A stretch of DNA of 50,312 nucleotides from Pyrinomonadaceae bacterium (lineage in GTDB: Bacteria; Acidobacteriota; Blastocatellia; Pyrinomonadales; Pyrinomonadaceae): contig DASSEB010000456.1 in NCBI GenBank assembly GCA_035696765.1, positions 1 to 50,312 of the forward strand. Reading direction: 5' to 3'. The translations under genes and the position numbers were made by a program. Of the stretch, positions 1 through 8,627 are shown piece by piece. Within the stretch, counting starts at the first letter, position 1, and each line of letters begins with the position of its first letter. The notes beneath the pieces are model-generated. The model searched no databases. It worked only from the letters and a program-made list of their open reading frames with translations, and was not told the origin of the DNA.

Positions 1-495
1 TTGCAGAATGGCAATCGAATAATAACCGAGTTTGGTGGATTGATCGGTAACGCGAGTTTGCGCGAGCTTGTCTTGAAGTGCCGGTGCGAACCTGAAAGCG
101 AGCTGCGCCGCAGCGTGATTCACGGCGACGTGAACGATTACAACGTGCTGGTAGATCCGGAGACACTGACTATTTCCGGGGTGATCGATTTCGGAGACAT
201 GGTTTACAGCTACACGGTCGGCGATCTCGCAATCGCGCTGGCGTACGTGGTGTTGGAGAAAGATGATCCGCGAGATGCAGCGCGACAAGTTATCGGCGGT
301 TACACGAGTGAGTTTGGATTGCTCAATAACGAAAGAAAAGCTTTGTGGCCGCTCGTGCGTTTAAGACTCGCGATGAGTGTTTGTATGGCGGCATATCAGC
401 AACGACAGCAGCCTGACAACGAATATCTGGGCATCAGTCAAAAGGCGATCGAACAGAGCTTGCCACGGATTTTCACGGATGACTACACGGATTGA
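1..495 (+). CDS. C-terminal part of an APH-fold small-molecule kinase (hydroxylysine-kinase / homoserine-kinase-II-like phosphotransferase); 5' end cut by window edge
   Basis: Open frame from base 1. Catalytic-loop motif [12 protein letters not shown] and downstream IDFGD are typical of aminoglycoside-phosphotransferase-fold kinases. The stop overlaps the next gene start by 17 nt. Confidence 0.7.
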   Translation: MQNGNRIITEFGGLIGNASLRELVLKCRCEPESELRRSVIHGDVNDYNVLVDPETLTISGVIDFGDMVYSYTVGDLAIALAYVVLEKDDPRDAARQVIGGYTSEFGLLNNERKALWPLVRLRLAMSVCMAAYQQRQQPDNEYLGISQKAIEQSLPRIFTDDYTD

Positions 496-1687
496 GCCAC
501 TGATAAAAGCGAGACGGCGACTGCTCGGAGGGAATCTCAGCATCGCGTATGAGAAGCCGCTGAATATCGTGCGCGGCGAGATGCAGTACTTGTATGACGA
601 CGAGGGACGCCGTTATCTCGATGCGTACAACAACGTCGCGCACGTGGGCCACTGTCATCCCAAAGTCGTGGCTGCCGGCCAGCAACAGATGGAACTGCTG
701 AATACAAATACACGGTATCTCAGTGAACTGATTCTGGAATATGCGGAGCGTCTCGCGGCGACGCTTCAGGATCCGCTCAACGTCTGCTACTTCGTCAACT
801 CCGGCAGTGAGGCAAACGAGCTCGCGCTTCGCCTCGCGCGCGCCCACACAAAAGCACGCGACCTCATCGTGCTCGATCATGCTTATCACGGAAACACGAC
901 CACGCTGATCGACATCAGTCCATACAAGCATGATGGTCCGGGCGGTGAAGGCGCGCCCTCGTGGGTACACAAAGCACCGTTGCCTGTTTCAGACGATGAC
1001 GCGCAACACGTCGTTGACTTGATTAGCGAACCGTTGTGCGGCTTTATCGCCGAGTCGATGCCGAGCGTTGCGGGACAGATTGTTTTACCCGAAGGCTATC
1101 TGGCGAAGGTGTATGACGCGGTGCGTGCGGCGGGAGGAGTTTGCATCGCGGATGAAGTGCAAACCGGTTATGGACGCATCGGCACTCACTTCTATGCGTT
1201 CGAGAAGTACGGCGTCACTCCGGACATCGTCGTGTTGGGCAAGCCGATTGGCAACGGCCACCCGATCGGCGCAGTGATTACCACACGAGCGATCGCCGAC
1301 TCGTTTGCTAACGGCATGGAATTCTTCAGCACGTTTGGCGGGAACAACGTTTCGTGCGCGATCGGATTGAAGGTGCTCGAGGTTGTTCATGAAGAAAATC
1401 TGCAAGCGCATGCTCTCGAGGTTGGTGAACGTCTACTCGCGGGCTTACGTGAGTTGCAACAGCGCCACGAAATCATCACCGATGTACGCGGCTCAGGACT
1501 GTTCCTCGGCGTTGAGTTAAAGCATCAAGCAAGCGGCGTGGTCAATCAAATGCGTGATCGCGGAATCCTGCTCGGCACCGAAGGGCCACTTCACAACGTG
1601 CTCAAGATCAGACCGCCAATGCCATTCTCCGCAGCCGACGCAGATCTCTTGCTTTCCAATCTCGCCGGCGTCATAAACCACAGATGA
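479..1687 (+). CDS. Class-III PLP-dependent enzyme, AGXT2L-like (phosphoethanolamine / 5-phosphohydroxylysine phospho-lyase-like aminotransferase fold)
   Basis: Motifs [53 protein letters not shown] and [11 protein letters not shown] resemble eukaryotic ETNPPL/PHYKPL by eye. ATG at 479 (MTTRIEP) preferred over the table start at 377. Confidence 0.85.
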   Translation: MTTRIEPLIKARRRLLGGNLSIAYEKPLNIVRGEMQYLYDDEGRRYLDAYNNVAHVGHCHPKVVAAGQQQMELLNTNTRYLSELILEYAERLAATLQDPLNVCYFVNSGSEANELALRLARAHTKARDLIVLDHAYHGNTTTLIDISPYKHDGPGGEGAPSWVHKAPLPVSDDDAQHVVDLISEPLCGFIAESMPSVAGQIVLPEGYLAKVYDAVRAAGGVCIADEVQTGYGRIGTHFYAFEKYGVTPDIVVLGKPIGNGHPIGAVITTRAIADSFANGMEFFSTFGGNNVSCAIGLKVLEVVHEENLQAHALEVGERLLAGLRELQQRHEIITDVRGSGLFLGVELKHQASGVVNQMRDRGILLGTEGPLHNVLKIRPPMPFSAADADLLLSNLAGVINHR

Positions 1688-1743
1688 ACGCGGATCAAAC
1701 CCGGATCAGAAATCCGCGTTTTTAATCCGTGTTAATCTGTGGC
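1686..1743. repeat. Family-B repeat (CGGAT units, ends ...AATCCGTGTTAATCTGTGGC), including an intrinsic-terminator-like hairpin
   Basis: AACGCGGAT (1687..1695) pairs with ATCCGCGTT (1712..1720), followed by a T-run, immediately after the stop at 1685..1687. The tail matches other B-family copies at 20481, 42853 and 43492. Confidence 0.7.
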
Positions 1744-2093
1744 TAGTCTCTGTTGAGGATGAAAGATAAGGAGTGGCCTTTGGTGGTCCAACCACCATTC
1801 GAGTACGCGATCGGCAAGTCTACGGCAGTCGTGTTTTCTTCCTTCCAGACTGCACTCGAAACTTGCTCGCAGTGCAGCAGGTAGTGCTCGATACCCGTGA
1901 AGACGCTGCGCCAGTAGCCACCGTAGATAGTTTTGTAAACAACTCCACCAACCTCTATATAAACTCGATTGCCACTGAGTATCCGGTAGTTGATGCGGCC
2001 GAGCAGATCGAGGAGCCGGCACTGTTCCCGCACAGACGGATCGCCGGCAGGTTGCTCGGCGTCTCGCCATGCTTCGGGTTCGTAGTGCGGCAT
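1743..2093 (-). CDS. Hypothetical protein (about 116 aa from MPHYEPEAW...)
   Basis: The only protein-like frame of three overlapping ORFs here; the others are Arg/Ala-rich shadows. Start moved to the ATG at 2093 because the upstream 36 nt lie in a hairpin. No recognisable motif. Confidence 0.4.
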   Translation of the reverse strand: MPHYEPEAWRDAEQPAGDPSVREQCRLLDLLGRINYRILSGNRVYIEVGGVVYKTIYGGYWRSVFTGIEHYLLHCEQVSSAVWKEENTTAVDLPIAYSNGGWTTKGHSLSFILNRD

Positions 2094-2112
2094 GGGGCTT
2101 AGTTTAACCACA

Positions 2113-2148
2113 GGTTGCGCAGATTGCACTAAAAACTTCTGCGCAACC
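2113..2148 (-). terminator. 10-bp perfect hairpin downstream of the metzincin gene (possible terminator, no U-run)
   Basis: GGTTGCGCAG (2113..2122) / CTGCGCAACC (2139..2148) with a 16-nt loop. Confidence 0.3.
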
Positions 2149-2173
2149 CGTGGGGAAAAAGGGATCGACGAAA

Positions 2174-4123
2174 TTATGGAACTTTCGACGCAACCAGGGA
2201 GAACCGGAAATTCAAATCGTTTCTCCTCGTGAACGTCAAACCACCGTTCGTCGAAACGAAGGATCGTCCTAAGATCGGCGCCTGAGTGCTCAAACCGATT
2301 AGCGGCGGCTGATTGCTGACGCCGGGGAACGGTGCAGGCGGAATTTGAAGAACCAGAAACAGGTTCTGGATCGATCCGTCAGCAATACCGAGCCGGACGA
2401 CTTCACTGAGATCGTGCGGGTTCTTGAAGTAGAACGGCGCGAAATCAGTGTCCTGCGCGAGGAATGTGGCTGTGCTGGTGAACGGAGTCGCCAGGTCAAT
2501 GGTCGCAGTGGTGTCCGGATTGATCACACCCTTGCACAGCGATGCTTTCGCGAAAAGCACCGGAACGGAGGCGTCGAGTACTAACGTATCGAAAAGCCCT
2601 GCCTGGAGCAGTGTCGGGTTTCCGCCGTTCAGGGCGCTGATCTGCGAAGCCGGAAATTGCACCGCGTAGATAAAGCCGCCAGACGGAGGATTGATGAACC
2701 CGATGTTTGTGCGCGCGCCGAAGGGGCTGATCGTGAACACGTCGTTCGTTATGATGTTGGTACCGGTATTGGTCTGACCGGCATTCACGTGGACGTTCTT
2801 ATCCTGCTCCGGATCGCGTTCAATCGCGGCTTCGCTGTTGTTGTTGAAAAACTCCTCGATGAAGTTTTGTTGACCGTAGAAGTTTCCGATCTGAGTTCTG
2901 AAGCTGATTTGTCCAGCGGAATTGGGACTACCGTCAACTGCTTCGACACCAACGCTGTAATTTCCCGGCGGAACCGGTATTACATAGTTGCCATTCAGAA
3001 TGGCCTGCCCAATGTTGGCCGCGGGAACGAAGAACAGGCCGCCGGTGGCCGGGTTAAATGAAAGGTTCGCGGTGCCGCTAAATCCGCTCACCGCATTTTC
3101 CCCAGTGTCCCAGTTAACGGCGAAGAGGCTTCCACCAGCTATTGGCTGATTTGTTACGCCGTGTCTCAACTCGCCTGTGATCAGACCGAACGCGCTGGCG
3201 AATGGCACGTCTCCCGGTTGCAGAGCTGCCGGACCTGACGTAGCAGTACCTTCGGGATAAGTAAACGCCGCCCACGCGATGTCGTCGATGTCGAGAGTCG
3301 CCTGGCCCAATTCCGCCGCCGGGTCGCCGGTATCGATCAACGGGAACATGGTTGCGCCATGACCGTCGCTAATGCTCGTCTGGTTGTCCTGCGAATGGGA
3401 CAGACCGAGAGAGTGTCCAAACTCGTGGACCGCAACACACTCGAGATCGACAGAGCGAGTTACGGTATCTGCCTGGGCATCGTCGACAGTAAAGCGAAAT
3501 CCATTGCTGACTTTCGTGTTGAACTGGACGTCGTTATCAAGAATCGTTCCCGCTTTGTAGAAGCCCGCGGGAAACTCGTGATCGCCGTCGTTATCAACAT
3601 CAGCCACTACGGTAATCGCGCTCGAAACATCAGAGTCTCCGTCGCCATCGATATCATCGCCATTCGCCAAAGTGGTGTCCTGAATCAAATTTATGGATGG
3701 AGACGAAGCGATGGCGCTAAAGTTCGCCGCCGTGCGGAACGTTAGTTCGTTAATCATGTCGAACTTAATCAACCCCGTGTTGCTCGTCGTTCCAACAATG
3801 TGTGAACTGATGTAAGAGGTGGGGATCGAATTCCAGGCGTCAAACGAGGCCTGCAAAGCCACACTGGCTTGAGCCACACTCAAGAACGGCGCGCCCAGCG
3901 GATTGGGAACAGGATCCATCGTGTTATTGACGCGATATCGGACCGGAATGGTTCGCGCGTCCCATTTAATGGGAATCACACGAGCCAACACCTGGCCCGT
4001 TATGGGAGATGGGCCCGCATTCGTGATGTCTACGCTTTCGAACGGCCCGCCCGCGAACGTAGTCCCGATGGTCATTAAAATCATGGATGTAGCCAACAAA
4101 ATAGACGTGAGTTTTCTTTTCAT
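2174..4123 (-). CDS. Secreted zinc metalloprotease, metzincin (matrixin/M10-like catalytic domain) with a large C-terminal domain of unknown type
   Basis: Signal peptide MKRKLTSILLATSMILMTIGTTFAGG. Extended zinc motif HEFGHSLGLSH (HExxHxxGxxH) followed by Met-turn ATMFP. Asp-rich Ca-binding-like inserts DIDGDGDSD and DVDNDGD. Confidence 0.85.
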   Translation of the reverse strand: MKRKLTSILLATSMILMTIGTTFAGGPFESVDITNAGPSPITGQVLARVIPIKWDARTIPVRYRVNNTMDPVPNPLGAPFLSVAQASVALQASFDAWNSIPTSYISSHIVGTTSNTGLIKFDMINELTFRTAANFSAIASSPSINLIQDTTLANGDDIDGDGDSDVSSAITVVADVDNDGDHEFPAGFYKAGTILDNDVQFNTKVSNGFRFTVDDAQADTVTRSVDLECVAVHEFGHSLGLSHSQDNQTSISDGHGATMFPLIDTGDPAAELGQATLDIDDIAWAAFTYPEGTATSGPAALQPGDVPFASAFGLITGELRHGVTNQPIAGGSLFAVNWDTGENAVSGFSGTANLSFNPATGGLFFVPAANIGQAILNGNYVIPVPPGNYSVGVEAVDGSPNSAGQISFRTQIGNFYGQQNFIEEFFNNNSEAAIERDPEQDKNVHVNAGQTNTGTNIITNDVFTISPFGARTNIGFINPPSGGFIYAVQFPASQISALNGGNPTLLQAGLFDTLVLDASVPVLFAKASLCKGVINPDTTATIDLATPFTSTATFLAQDTDFAPFYFKNPHDLSEVVRLGIADGSIQNLFLVLQIPPAPFPGVSNQPPLIGLSTQAPILGRSFVSTNGGLTFTRRNDLNFRFSLVASKVP

Positions 4124-4201
4124 AAGTCCTCCTAGGGATGTGTTCTCGAATATTTCTCGGATCAGCCGGCGGCTAATCCAATGTGGTGACGGTCGCGGGC
4201 G

Positions 4202-4813
4202 TTATTGGGTCTTCATGTAACCCCTGACCTGGTCCTTGAACGTCGAGAGCGGGGTCACGTTTGCTCCACCTCGACGAACTCCGTTATTGCCCTGGAGTGA
4301 CATCTTGGTCAGATCACGCGAGACGACCGGTGTCCCGTCTTCGTCGTTCACGATCGAGAATTTCCCTTGAGAGAAACCGGCAACGTTATAGCCGCCTGCG
4401 AAGCCGGTGTCGGAGGTAAGAAACAGAAAAACATCTTCACCGGGCGTCAGTCGCGGCGCACCGGGATAGGACATCGCAACGGGGAACTTGCGGTTGGCAT
4501 CGATGCCACCGGGTAGAACCACAGTGACGGTTCCGGATTCAGTGGCCCCCTTGATAGTTTCGCTGACGGAAACTGTAGCCAGAGTCACGAGAGATTGATC
4601 CACCCAGATGCTCTTCGTGTCTACACAATTTCCGATCGCGATCACGTCTGACTGGTTGACCATGTCTTCAAGTGAGAGCGCAACGGCGAGGGTGGTGTCC
4701 GGCGTTCCGAGAGTATCGGAGGGAGGGGCGTCGTCGGCCTTTGTACCCCAGCGGGCGGACACCAACAGGGCGATAAGGATAAGTAAGCAACTTACCAACA
4801 GAGTCTTTTTCAT
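4202..4813 (-). CDS. Secreted hypothetical protein, first gene of the metzincin operon
   Basis: N-terminal signal peptide MKKTLLVSCLLILIALLVSA. Same strand as the protease, 78 nt upstream. No recognisable catalytic motif. Confidence 0.6.
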   Translation of the reverse strand: MKKTLLVSCLLILIALLVSARWGTKADDAPPSDTLGTPDTTLAVALSLEDMVNQSDVIAIGNCVDTKSIWVDQSLVTLATVSVSETIKGATESGTVTVVLPGGIDANRKFPVAMSYPGAPRLTPGEDVFLFLTSDTGFAGGYNVAGFSQGKFSIVNDEDGTPVVSRDLTKMSLQGNNGVRRGGANVTPLSTFKDQVRGYMKTQ

Positions 4814-5042
4814 GCGCGGGTCCTTTCTTACTGAGCGTGTGTTTTTGAAACGGACTAACCCGAATGAGCTCGGGAGAAGATCAAGACGTGATCACAGATA
4901 AATTTTCCGAACGTTTAGCTATTGAGGCACAAACAGGCACGCAGAAGGAGTGCTACTCACAGCCCAGCTCTCAAGGAGTGCGTGGCACATTAATGTCCCT
5001 GTAAATTAATGTCAAGGCCAAATCGCGATTTTGCGGATAACG

Positions 5043-5771
5043 ATGACGGACAATCAAACGCGCCGCATGTTTGCGTCGCTGCTCTTTTCGCGACTCGCGC
5101 TCGCGATTCTTCTCGGCGGATGTAATCAGGCGAGTGTGGTCGAACAAACATCTGTGAAGCCAATGACGACACGACCTATGGTTTATGTTGCTCTCGGAGA
5201 CTCAACCGGATCAGGTGTCGGCGCGAGAGAAGGTGGGTACGTGGTCCGCCTTTTTAACCGGCTCGTCAAACGCTTGCCTGAGACGCGGTTGACTAATCTT
5301 TGTGTGAGTGGCGCGACGACCGCCGACGTCGTTCGTGGTCAGTTGCAACGAGGCGTCGCGCTCAATCCCGACCTCGTTACATTGGGTGTGGGCATTAACG
5401 ACATCGGTCATGGACTGACGCTGGAGCAGTTTTCAAAAAACTACGAAGAGATTCTCAGCACGCTGCGTGAGAAGACGCGAGCTCAGATCGTCGTCGCGAA
5501 CATTCCCGACGTCTCGGGTGCGCCACGGATTCCAAACGCGTTGCGCAAGCAGTATCAACAGGAAATCATGCGGTTCAGTCAAAGGCTGGAACAGGTCGCA
5601 GGGCGTCACGGCGTGACGGTGTTTGATATCTACTCGATCACGCACGAGCAGCTTGCGTCGCATCCTGAGTATTTTTCCGCCGACGGGTTTCATCCGTCCG
5701 ATGAGGGGTATGAGTTATGGGCGACGCAGATGTGGCCGACAATGGCGAGGGTGGTTGGAGTTGCGGAGTAA
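5043..5771 (+). CDS. SGNH/GDSL-family hydrolase (lipase/esterase), probable lipoprotein
   Basis: Block I ALGDSTGSG (GDS nucleophile), block V DGFHPSDEGY (DxxH). Lipobox-like LLGGC. ATG at 5043 preferred over TTG at 5031. Confidence 0.8.
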   Translation: MTDNQTRRMFASLLFSRLALAILLGGCNQASVVEQTSVKPMTTRPMVYVALGDSTGSGVGAREGGYVVRLFNRLVKRLPETRLTNLCVSGATTADVVRGQLQRGVALNPDLVTLGVGINDIGHGLTLEQFSKNYEEILSTLREKTRAQIVVANIPDVSGAPRIPNALRKQYQQEIMRFSQRLEQVAGRHGVTVFDIYSITHEQLASHPEYFSADGFHPSDEGYELWATQMWPTMARVVGVAE

Positions 5772-6848
5772 CTAACGCCGAACATCTGCGGCTTCTCCTG
5801 AGATCGGATCGAAGAAATGCGCGTTGTCGGTTGCAAGTTTGAGCCAGACTTTGCTCTCCAACTCAGCTCGGAAATCCGCGGGCGCGCGTGCGATCAATCT
5901 GTGCGGGCCAACTGAAAGAAACACAAACGTTTCGTTCCCCATCAACTCAGTCACATAAACACTCGCCGGGATTGCGCCATCGCGCGGCTCAGTCAATACC
6001 TGCACGTGTTCCGGCCTGATGCCCATCGTCCATCGCGATTGCCGCGACAGTTCGTTTAACTGATCGACGTTCAGCGGAACGCGCAGCGAATCACTCACAA
6101 ACGTCTCCGCCTCGACCGCGCCTTCGATGAAATTCATACTCGGACTCCCGACAAACTCAGCCACAAAACGATTAGCCGGATGGTTGTAAATGTTCATCGG
6201 CGTGTCGAACTGTTGCAGCCGCCCTTTCCTCATCACTGCGACGCGCGAGGCGAGCGTCATCGCTTCAGCCTGATCGTGCGTTACGTAGATCGTCGTGGTC
6301 CCGAGTTGATGTTGGAGACGCTTCAGTTCGCCGCGCATCTGCACGCGCAAACGCGCGTCGAGATTCGAGAGCGGCTCATCCATCAGGTACGCGCGCGGCT
6401 CGCGCACGATTGCACGCGCGAGCGCGACGCGCTGCCGTTCGCCGCCGGATAACTCTCGCGGTTTGCGTTCGAGCAGTGATTCGATCTCCAGGAGGGCCGC
6501 CACGCGATTCACGCGTTCAGCTCGCTCGGCTTTTTGAAGTTTTCTGACGCGCAGCGGATAACCGATGTTCTCCGCAATCGTCATGTGCGGATAGAGCGCA
6601 TAACTCTGAAACACCATTGCGAGATCGCGGTGCTGTGTCGGCACGTCGTTGATTCGTTCGCCGTCGATGTAGATCTCGCCGGAAGTGACCGTTTCAAGAC
6701 CGGCGAGCATGCGTAACGTCGTCGTCTTGCCGCAACCTGATGGTCCAAGCAGCACGATAAACTCGCCGTCGTCGAGCTCGAGCGACAAGTCGTCGACCAC
6801 GCGCGTCGCGCCAAACGTCTTACTCACATTCTGGAACTTGATTCCCAT
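5772..6848 (-). CDS. Sugar ABC transporter ATP-binding protein (MalK/UgpC-like)
   Basis: Walker A GPSGCGKTT, signature LSGGERQRVALARA, Walker B YLMDEPLSNLD, plus a C-terminal regulatory domain. Confidence 0.9.
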   Translation of the reverse strand: MGIKFQNVSKTFGATRVVDDLSLELDDGEFIVLLGPSGCGKTTTLRMLAGLETVTSGEIYIDGERINDVPTQHRDLAMVFQSYALYPHMTIAENIGYPLRVRKLQKAERAERVNRVAALLEIESLLERKPRELSGGERQRVALARAIVREPRAYLMDEPLSNLDARLRVQMRGELKRLQHQLGTTTIYVTHDQAEAMTLASRVAVMRKGRLQQFDTPMNIYNHPANRFVAEFVGSPSMNFIEGAVEAETFVSDSLRVPLNVDQLNELSRQSRWTMGIRPEHVQVLTEPRDGAIPASVYVTELMGNETFVFLSVGPHRLIARAPADFRAELESKVWLKLATDNAHFFDPISGEAADVRR

Positions 6849-7673
6849 CTAACCTTTGACCGCACCCATCGACAGCCCACGCACGAGATACCTTTGCAGC
6901 GCGAGTGCAAACACGAGGATCGGAACGATAGCTACAGACGCCGCAGCGCTCATTACGCCCCACTTGATCTCATACTGCGTGACTCGCCCGGCAATTCCGA
7001 CGGGTAACGTCATCGCCGCATCGGTCTGTGTCAACACTAAAGCGAAGAGAAACTCGTTCCACGAGACAATCAAACAAAACACCGCGGTCGCGGCCAGTCC
7101 AGGCGCGACGAGGGGCAAAACCACACGGACGAGCGCGCCTAAACGCGAGTCGCCGTCGACGAGCGCGGCCTCTTCAAGATCGCGCGGCAAGTCTGCAAAG
7201 AAACCGCGCATCATCCAGATCACGAAGGGAAGGTTGAAAGCGGTGTAGACGATGATCAGCGACGCTCGCGTGTTGAGCAGCCGCACGTCGCGCATCATCA
7301 AAAAGAGCGGCACGGCGGTGACGATTGCCGGAAACATGCGCGTGGAAAGGATCCACAAAGAGAGCCGGCGGTTGAGCTTCCAGGGAAGTTGAAATCGCGC
7401 GAGAGCGTAGGCGGCGAGCGTGCCGATTACGAGCGCGCAGGCGGTTGAAGTAACCGCCACGATGGCGCTCGTGAGCAGATATTGTGCGAACGCGCGTGTG
7501 ACAAACGCGTCGTAGTAGTGTTGCAGGGTGGGCGTGAAGATGAACCAGGGCGGAGGGCTCGCGAACTGGTCCACCTCCGTCTTGAGCGAGATCGTGAGCA
7601 TCCAGTAAACCGGCGCCAGCGCGAAGAGCAGCGCGACACTCACGGCCACATAACGGAGGATACGAAAAGTCAT
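6849..7673 (-). CDS. Sugar ABC transporter permease (MalG/UgpE-like)
   Basis: Multi-TM protein with EAA loop DLEEAALVDGDSRLGALVRVVLPL. Abuts the ATPase gene. Confidence 0.85.
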   Translation of the reverse strand: MTFRILRYVAVSVALLFALAPVYWMLTISLKTEVDQFASPPPWFIFTPTLQHYYDAFVTRAFAQYLLTSAIVAVTSTACALVIGTLAAYALARFQLPWKLNRRLSLWILSTRMFPAIVTAVPLFLMMRDVRLLNTRASLIIVYTAFNLPFVIWMMRGFFADLPRDLEEAALVDGDSRLGALVRVVLPLVAPGLAATAVFCLIVSWNEFLFALVLTQTDAAMTLPVGIAGRVTQYEIKWGVMSAAASVAIVPILVFALALQRYLVRGLSMGAVKG

Positions 7674-7684
7674 TGTTCAGATAG

Positions 7685-7725
7685 GCGACAAAATAATTTT
7701 TTGTGACTTATGGGCCTTTTGTGGC
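7685..7725. repeat. Degenerate family-A repeat (…TTTTTTGTGACTTATGGGCCTTTTGTGGC)
   Basis: Ends in CCTTTTGTGGC followed directly by TA. On the minus strand TAGCCACAAAAGG contains the TAG stop (7725..7727) of the permease gene. Confidence 0.55.
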
Positions 7726-8627
7726 TAAGTCTCCTTTGTCTGGAGAAAGCGAATGTAAATCGCGCTGATCACGTTCGTCAGTGCGAGCAGCACGAACGAC
7801 ATCGCCGCCGCATATCCGAAGTCAAAAAAGCGAAACGCCGTTCGATAGATGTAAAGACTGATCGTCTCGGTCGCGAAGCCTGGCCCACCTTCAGTCAAAA
7901 TAAAGATCTGATCGAACACGCGCAGCAGATCCATCGTGCGTAAAAGCAGGACGATAAGGATCGACGGCTTGAGCAGCGGCAACGTCACGTGCCAAAACGT
8001 TTGCCAGCGACTCGAGCCGTCGATCAGCGCGGCTTCGTAAGGTTCCTGTGGAATCGCCTGGAGTCCCGCCAATAGCACGAGGAACACAAACGGTGTCCAT
8101 TGCCAAACGTCAACTGCTATCACGGACAACATCGCTAGCCGCGGGGATGCAGTCCACGTCAAATTCTCAGTGTTGACGCCGAATTGCTTGAGCGTTCCAT
8201 TCACCGCGCCGAAGTTTGGGTTCAGCATCAATCGCCAAACCACGCCGACGACGACGCTCGGCAGCATCATCGGCACGAGCAGGCTTAAGCGAAACAGACC
8301 GCGCCCGCGGATCTCTTTGTTAAGCAGAAGCGCGAGGCCCAGGCCGAGCAGGAACTCGCAAGTCAGCGCGGCAACGGCGTAGACAAACGTATGGGCCATC
8401 GCCGTCAGGAAGAACTTGTCCGTCCCAAGCCGCGCGAAATTTCCGAGTCCCCACCTGATGCCGGACGCAGTCTCACGTTGCAGGCTAATTGTTACTGAGT
8501 AGATGAGGGGATAGATCGAAAGTGCGAGGAGCACCGCCAGCGCCGGCGCAATGAAGAGCAAGGGCAACAGCCACTCGCGCCTACCGCGCCGCTGGGGCGC
8601 GTTGAAGAATCTTCTCGATTTCGGCAT
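7725..8627 (-). CDS. Sugar ABC transporter permease (MalF/UgpA-like)
   Basis: Multi-TM protein with EAA loop PYEAALIDGSSRWQTFWHVTLPLL. The ATG at 8627 overlaps the SBP gene by 47 nt; an in-frame TTG at 8567 is an alternative start. Confidence 0.8.
   Translation of the reverse strand: MPKSRRFFNAPQRRGRREWLLPLLFIAPALAVLLALSIYPLIYSVTISLQRETASGIRWGLGNFARLGTDKFFLTAMAHTFVYAVAALTCEFLLGLGLALLLNKEIRGRGLFRLSLLVPMMLPSVVVGVVWRLMLNPNFGAVNGTLKQFGVNTENLTWTASPRLAMLSVIAVDVWQWTPFVFLVLLAGLQAIPQEPYEAALIDGSSRWQTFWHVTLPLLKPSILIVLLLRTMDLLRVFDQIFILTEGGPGFATETISLYIYRTAFRFFDFGYAAAMSFVLLALTNVISAIYIRFLQTKET

Noticed and set aside
1732-2102. Two alternative ORFs (1732..2070 minus, 1773..2102 plus) overlapping the hypothetical gene at 1743..2093
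   Set aside because: Both are Arg/Ala/Pro-rich with shadow-like composition. Only the 1743..2093 frame has balanced, protein-like composition, and even that call is low confidence.
4983-4998. TGGCAC at 4983 as a sigma-54 promoter for the lipase gene
   Set aside because: The -12 element is missing: TGTC sits where TTGC is required, and GC is not at the GG-n10-GC spacing.
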